DNA of 64,000 nucleotides from Macrostomum lignano (Eukaryota), in the NCBI GenBank assembly GCA_002269645.1, contig NIVC01001816.1, positions 124,001 to 188,000 of the forward strand, written 5' to 3'. The notes under the pieces were generated by a model that did no database searches, had not been told where the DNA came from, and saw only the letters and a list, made by a program, of their open reading frames with translations. The position numbers were made by a program, and so were the translations under genes. This document shows positions 59,084-64,000 of this stretch, in pieces. Numbering within the stretch: the stretch's first letter is position 1; every line of letters starts with the position of its first letter.

Positions 59084-59329
59084 ATGAGTTCGAATCCTAC
59101 AAACACATTTATTGCTGCTTTTAAATCGAAACTCCGCACAGTGCCGAAGCACAAGCTGGTCACGGTGTTTCTGTTTGGCAGCTTGTTCTCGAGCGGTATT
59201 GGCTACTATAAGTATAGGTTCTCTGACGATCACAGGTTAGACTTTATCGAGGCTGAGCTTGCTGAGATGAGAGCGAGGACTCGATTGCAGCAGCAGCAGC
59301 AGTTGGAATCCGCTCGCCAAGCGAAGTGA
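59084..59329 (+). CDS. Putative 81-aa single-pass membrane microprotein
   Basis: Non-repetitive ATG-TGA ORF with a basic N-terminus, hydrophobic LVTVFLFGSLFSSGIGYY segment and coiled-coil-like C-terminus; a branch-point plus acceptor (CTGACTAATTCCAATTTCCAG) ends 10 nt before the ATG. No family recognised. Confidence 0.55.
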   Translation: MSSNPTNTFIAAFKSKLRTVPKHKLVTVFLFGSLFSSGIGYYKYRFSDDHRLDFIEAELAEMRARTRLQQQQQLESARQAK

Positions 59330-59392
59330 CCGCTTTTACTGCCTGCTTTTTGCTTGCTGGTACTGACTTCTTTGTTAAATCGCTAGAGGCAG

Positions 59393-59657
59393 GTGTGAGA
59401 TCTAGAGAGGTAGATGTGAGATCTAGAAAGGTAGATGTGAGATCTAGAAAGGTAGATGTGAGATCTAGAGAGGGAGGTGAGATCTAGAGAGGGAGGTGAG
59501 ATTTAGAAAGGGAGATGTGAGATCTTAAGAGGTAGATGTGAGATCTTAAGAGGTAGATGTGAGATCTTAAGAGGTAGATGTGAGATCTAGAGAGGGAGGT
59601 GTGAGATCTAGAGAGGGCGATCTGAGATTTAAACAGGGAGGTGTGAGATCTAGAGAG
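59393..59657. repeat. 21-bp minisatellite
   Basis: Unit GTGAGATCTAGAAAGGTAGAT. Confidence 0.9.
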
Positions 59658-60514
59658 AGTTGTACCGATACGCACCGTAGCTTTCAGGCGGAGTAGCTCG
59701 AGTTTATTTATTACGCTTTTAATATTTTCATATCACTTTAATAGCATAAATTTTGTCACAGTCGTTAAAATGTATTCAGCTATAGTAAATACCGATGTAC
59801 GTTGTTTAAATAAAATTCTAATTTATGTCATGCTTGAATTGTATGCTAAGAACTCGAATTTAATTAGCTATTAACTATTTGAATATTTTATTTGAGCATG
59901 CATGTACACTCTGTGCAAACAGTAAACATGGAAATGAATTCTTTAATGAATTAATTAATTTAAAAAACGCAGTTAAAATCTAATTTATCTAATACATAGA
60001 TAATTCTTTATTCTACGCAAAGAAACGTGTGTATAATTTAACAAAATTCATGTCTTGTACATGGTAAGGATCGCATGCATTTACACGGCGTGTACATGAA
60101 TTATGGTTACGGTTAGCATTGCGAAATATTTGTGGGAATATATAAAAATTGTTTTCTTATTTATAGAAGTCAACGAACAGAAAATGAATCTCTGGGTCTA
60201 AAAATATAAAAATATGGAGATCAACTACGTAATTAATCATTTTTAATTGCGGGTTGTTTTGAAAAGTTACGCTTGCAGTTAAGCTCGAGTTTTTATAAGA
60301 ATCGAATTTTAACAAAAACTACTAATAGTAGTTAAATAGTTTTTTGCGGTGTAGAAATAGGGAGATAAAAATAGTAAATCGGATTTCGCATCCAACACAT
60401 TTTTCATGTTGCGTTTGCAACATCCAACATGATACATACAATGGGTGTGAGCACCCTGTGTTGCAGGGGAGTAGCATATGGCGCCTTTTGCACATAGTGA
60501 TGGCGACAAATTAT

Positions 60515-61441
60515 GAAATGGCGCCCCAATAACTAAGATGGTGCCACCACAACTCAAATGGCGCCACCAAAATTGAAATGGCGCCACCAAAACTGAAATG
60601 GCGCCACCACAACTAAAATGGCGCCACCAAAACTGAAATGGCGCCACCACAACTGAAATGGCGCCACCACAACTGAAATGGCGCCACCACAACTGAAATG
60701 GCGCCACCACAACTGAAATGGCGCCACCACAACTGAAATGGCGCCCCCATAACTGAGATGGTGCCACCAGAACTTAAATGGCGCCACCACAACTGAAATG
60801 GCACCACCACAACTGAAATGGCACCACCAAAACTGAAATGGCGCCACCACAACTGAAATGGCGCCACCACAACTGAAATGGCGCCCCCATAACTGAGATG
60901 GCACCACCACAACTAAAATGGCGCCACCAAAACTGAAATGGCGCCACCACAACTGAAATGGCACCACCAAAACTGAAATGGCGCCACCACAACTGAAATG
61001 GCGCCACCAAAACTGAAATGGCGCCACCACAACTAAAATGGCGCCACCAAAACTGAAATGGCGCCACCACAACTGAAATGGCACCACCAAAACTGAAATG
61101 GCGCCACCACAACTGAAATGGCGCCACCAAAACTGAAATGGCGCCACCAAAACTGAAATGGCGCCCCCATAACTGAGATGGTGCCACCAGAACTTAAATG
61201 GCGCCACTACAACTGAAATGGCGCCACCAAAACTGAAATGGCGCCACCACAACTGAAATGGCGCCACCAAAACTGAAATGGCGCCCCCATAACTGAGATG
61301 GTGCCACCAGAACTTAAATGGCGCCACCAAAACTGAAATGGCGCCACTACAACTGAAATGGCGCCACTAAAACTGAAATGGCGCCACCACAACTGAAATG
61401 GCGCCACCACAACTGAAATGGCGCCACTACAACTGAAATGC
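60515..61441. repeat. 20-bp minisatellite
   Basis: Unit AACTGAAATGGCGCCACCAC. Confidence 0.95.
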
Positions 61442-61795
61442 ACGCACTCAAAATGAAAACGATGCCTTTGAAATGACATTTTCTACGGGTTTACAGTGAA
61501 AATCTACGGGTAGAGAGAATTGTGTTTAAACTGTTTAACAGTAAAGTATTTTAAACTATTTTTGGTTGCATTTAAAATGGATACCCATGCACATTATCCA
61601 TATTAATGGCAGTAGAAAGTTTCACATTATAAACAGAAATTACAGCAATTAATTATATATAAGCTTGTTTCGTGTCGACTGGTAACATAGAAAAATAAGT
61701 GCGACTTTGTGTGTCCAAAAGCATGTTAAACCTGTTCAGCAGTATCCCGGCAAGTACTGGAATCTGTTTCTTAGAAAAAAATCACAGCTCCATCA

Positions 61796-63005
61796 TCACA
61801 CTGCAGTCATGGCCAGGCCTGTGGCCTCCCCAGCCTCCTCGGCCTGCACCATGGTGCACCTGGCGCCACTGACCGCCCGCGCAAGCAGGTCCGCCTGGCC
61901 GCGAAGCACGCGGACGTTCCAAGCGAAACTGTCGGCAATTTTGGCCACCTTGCGCGGCTTATAGCCGGCCGATGAGCACATGGGTGCCAAATCGTCGTAG
62001 AACTGCATGCAGGCGGCCTCGCAGTCTTGCAGTCGGGTGTGCATGCCCGGCCCGAGCTGCATCAGCTTCTTGCTCTCCGTAACCAGCTGCAATTGTTTTG
62101 GAGAAAATGAAATTAGTACAAGGTTTTAATATGTCACAATACAAATTATACATGCAATATTCGTATCTTGCCTACTTTTAAGTAGTGCAGTTTGAATTTT
62201 TACACAAATTAAATTACACAGTAAATATTCCCATTTTGACTACTTAAAAGTAGTGCAGTTTGAATTTTTACACATTATATTTCGCCATCCCTCTGCTTAC
62301 TTATTAGTAGTTCACTAAGAATTTGATGCTATTGCGTCAAACCAACTCAAATAAACACACCGACCTGCTCAAACGCGACTAGAGATTTTTTCAACGGTTC
62401 AGGCAGCGGCACCAGCGCTTCCAGACAGGGGCAGCTGGCCTTGCAGATCATTCGGAGACCGACAGCCTGCGGGCCTGAAGTGGCTGTTGAGTCTGAGCCA
62501 GCAGCAGCAGAAGCCCCAGATGAGGCGGCAGCGGCGCAGCTGCTGGCTCTGGCGGCCATGACCCTGACGCACTGCTTCACATTGGCGATGTGCGACAGGC
62601 CGCAGGCGTCCTGCAGCCCGGCCAGCGCCCTGTCGAATCCCTCGCGCAGTCCGGCCGCCTCGCGCAGTGTCGGCAGAGCCGCTTTAAACGCGTCGTCGAT
62701 GTCGCGAAATCCGGTCGGCCGGAGTCGCGGATAGCCGCCGCCGGACCCGATGGACTCGACTCGCTCGCCGCTGTCGCCGCCTCCGCCGTCGCTGCCACCG
62801 CTGCTGGTGCGCGCTTTTAAATTCGGTTCCAAAGAGGAGCCGACGTTGAAATTTGTTGAATTTGAAGATTTCTTGTTCGAGGAGGCGAAGCTTCGTTTGC
62901 CAAGACGGCCGCCGCCGTGCCGGTTCGTCACGGCCACGTGCAGGAACAGGTGCGCCTCCGGCAGCGGCTCGCCGTCGCTGTCTAGCAGGCGGACGTGTCG
63001 ATAGC
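61796..63005 (-). CDS. PLCL: Phospholipase C-like protein (PLCL/PRIP family), last two exons; gene continues beyond the window
   Basis: Exon 63005-62365 (GYRHVRL...AHLFLHVAVTNRHGGG, end of C2 domain; IDDAFK...LREAAGLRE...CGLSHIANVKQC) and exon 62086-61796 (MQFYDDL...KIADSFAWNVRVLRGQADLL), in phase. These match the PLCL1/2 C-terminus as recalled (HVAITNRRGGG; CGLSSVANLMQC; ESFTWNITILKGQADLL). Confidence 0.88.
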
Positions 63006-63165
63006 CTGACAACGATTAAAAAAGCTGTAATTTAGGTTGCAATTTGCTTTGATTGCTACTGACCTAATTTTCAGTACGATTTTCAGGATTTTATTTGAAA
63101 TTTATTGAAAATATTCATCTGAAGAAGAAAATTACAAAATAAATTGTAAAACTTTTTCGTTTCAG

Positions 63166-64000
63166 CAGGATAGATTAGCAATCCATTCTGATAGGATAGA
63201 TTAGCAATCCATTCTGATAGGATAGATTAGCAATCCATTCTGATAGGATAGACTAGCAATCCATTCTGATAGGATAGATTAGCAATCCATTCTGATAGGA
63301 TAGATTAGCAATCCATTCTGATAGGATAGACTAGCAATCCATTCTGATAGGATAGATTAGCAATCCATTCTGATAGGATAGATTAGCAATCCATTCTGAT
63401 AGGATAGATTAGCAATCCATTCTGATAGAATAGATTAGCAATCCATTCTGATAGGATAGATTAGCAATCCATTCTGATAGACTAGACTAGCAATCCATTC
63501 TGATAGAATAGATTAGCAATCCATTCTGATAGGATAGATTAGCAATCCATTCTGATAGAATAGATTAGCAATCCATTCTGATAGGATAGATTAGCAATCC
63601 ATTCTGATAGGATAGATTAGCAATCCATTCTGATAGGATAGATTAGCAATCCATTCTGATAGGATAGATTAGCAATCCATTCTGATAGGATAGATTAGCA
63701 ATCCATTCTGATAGGATAGACTAGCAATCCATTCTGATAGGATAGATTAGCAATCCATTCTGAAAGGATAGATTAGCAATCCATTCTGATAGGATAGATT
63801 AGCAATCCATTCTGATAGGATAGATTAGCAATCCATTCTGATAGAATAGATTAGCAATCCATTCTGATAGGATAGATTAGCAATCCATTCTGATAGGATA
63901 GATTAGCAATCCATTCTGAAAGGATAGATTAGCAATCCATTCGGATAGGATAGATTAGCAATCCATTCTGAAAGGATAGATTAGCAATCCATTCGGATAG
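63166..64000. repeat. 26-bp minisatellite in PLCL intron, runs off the window
   Basis: Unit ATAGGATAGATTAGCAATCCATTCTG; period 26 between 63181 and 63207. Confidence 0.96.

Noticed and set aside
59085-59097. GAGTTCGAATCC as a tRNA B box
   Set aside because: It lies inside the small ORF's first codons, with no upstream A box or cloverleaf.

Overview
This is a eukaryotic, intron-rich and very repeat-rich window from an invertebrate animal. A Macrostomum-like flatworm is my guess from composition and repeat load only; it is not demonstrated. Host genes I could reconstruct exon by exon: a class B (secretin-family) GPCR most like PDF receptors (+, ~341-7561); two tandem 12-exon ionotropic glutamate receptor-like paralogs (-, 9278-13549 intact; 22095-26846 with one in-frame TAA); a divergent TFIIB/BRF2-like gene (+, 53785-57567); an 81-aa single-pass membrane ORF (+, 59084-59329); and the last two exons of a PLC-like (PLCL/PRIP) gene (-, 61796-63005). 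Mobile DNA includes a full-length APE-RT-RNaseH non-LTR element with a 15-bp TSD, nested inside a 5'-truncated LINE; a decayed LINE; and four head-to-tail non-autonomous Helitron-like units (31180-46826) carrying satellite cargo. There is also a 298-bp hAT-type MITE and a 5'-truncated Gypsy piece with one LTR, flanked by a 42-bp direct repeat. More than a dozen mini- and microsatellites are present, mostly intronic. Most unusual: the tandem Helitron/satellite array, the patchwork near-identity of the two iGluR paralogs, a stop codon that coincides with a new splice donor in the second paralog, and the Gypsy fragment with a 42-bp duplication. All exon calls and alignments were made by eye; no searches were run.
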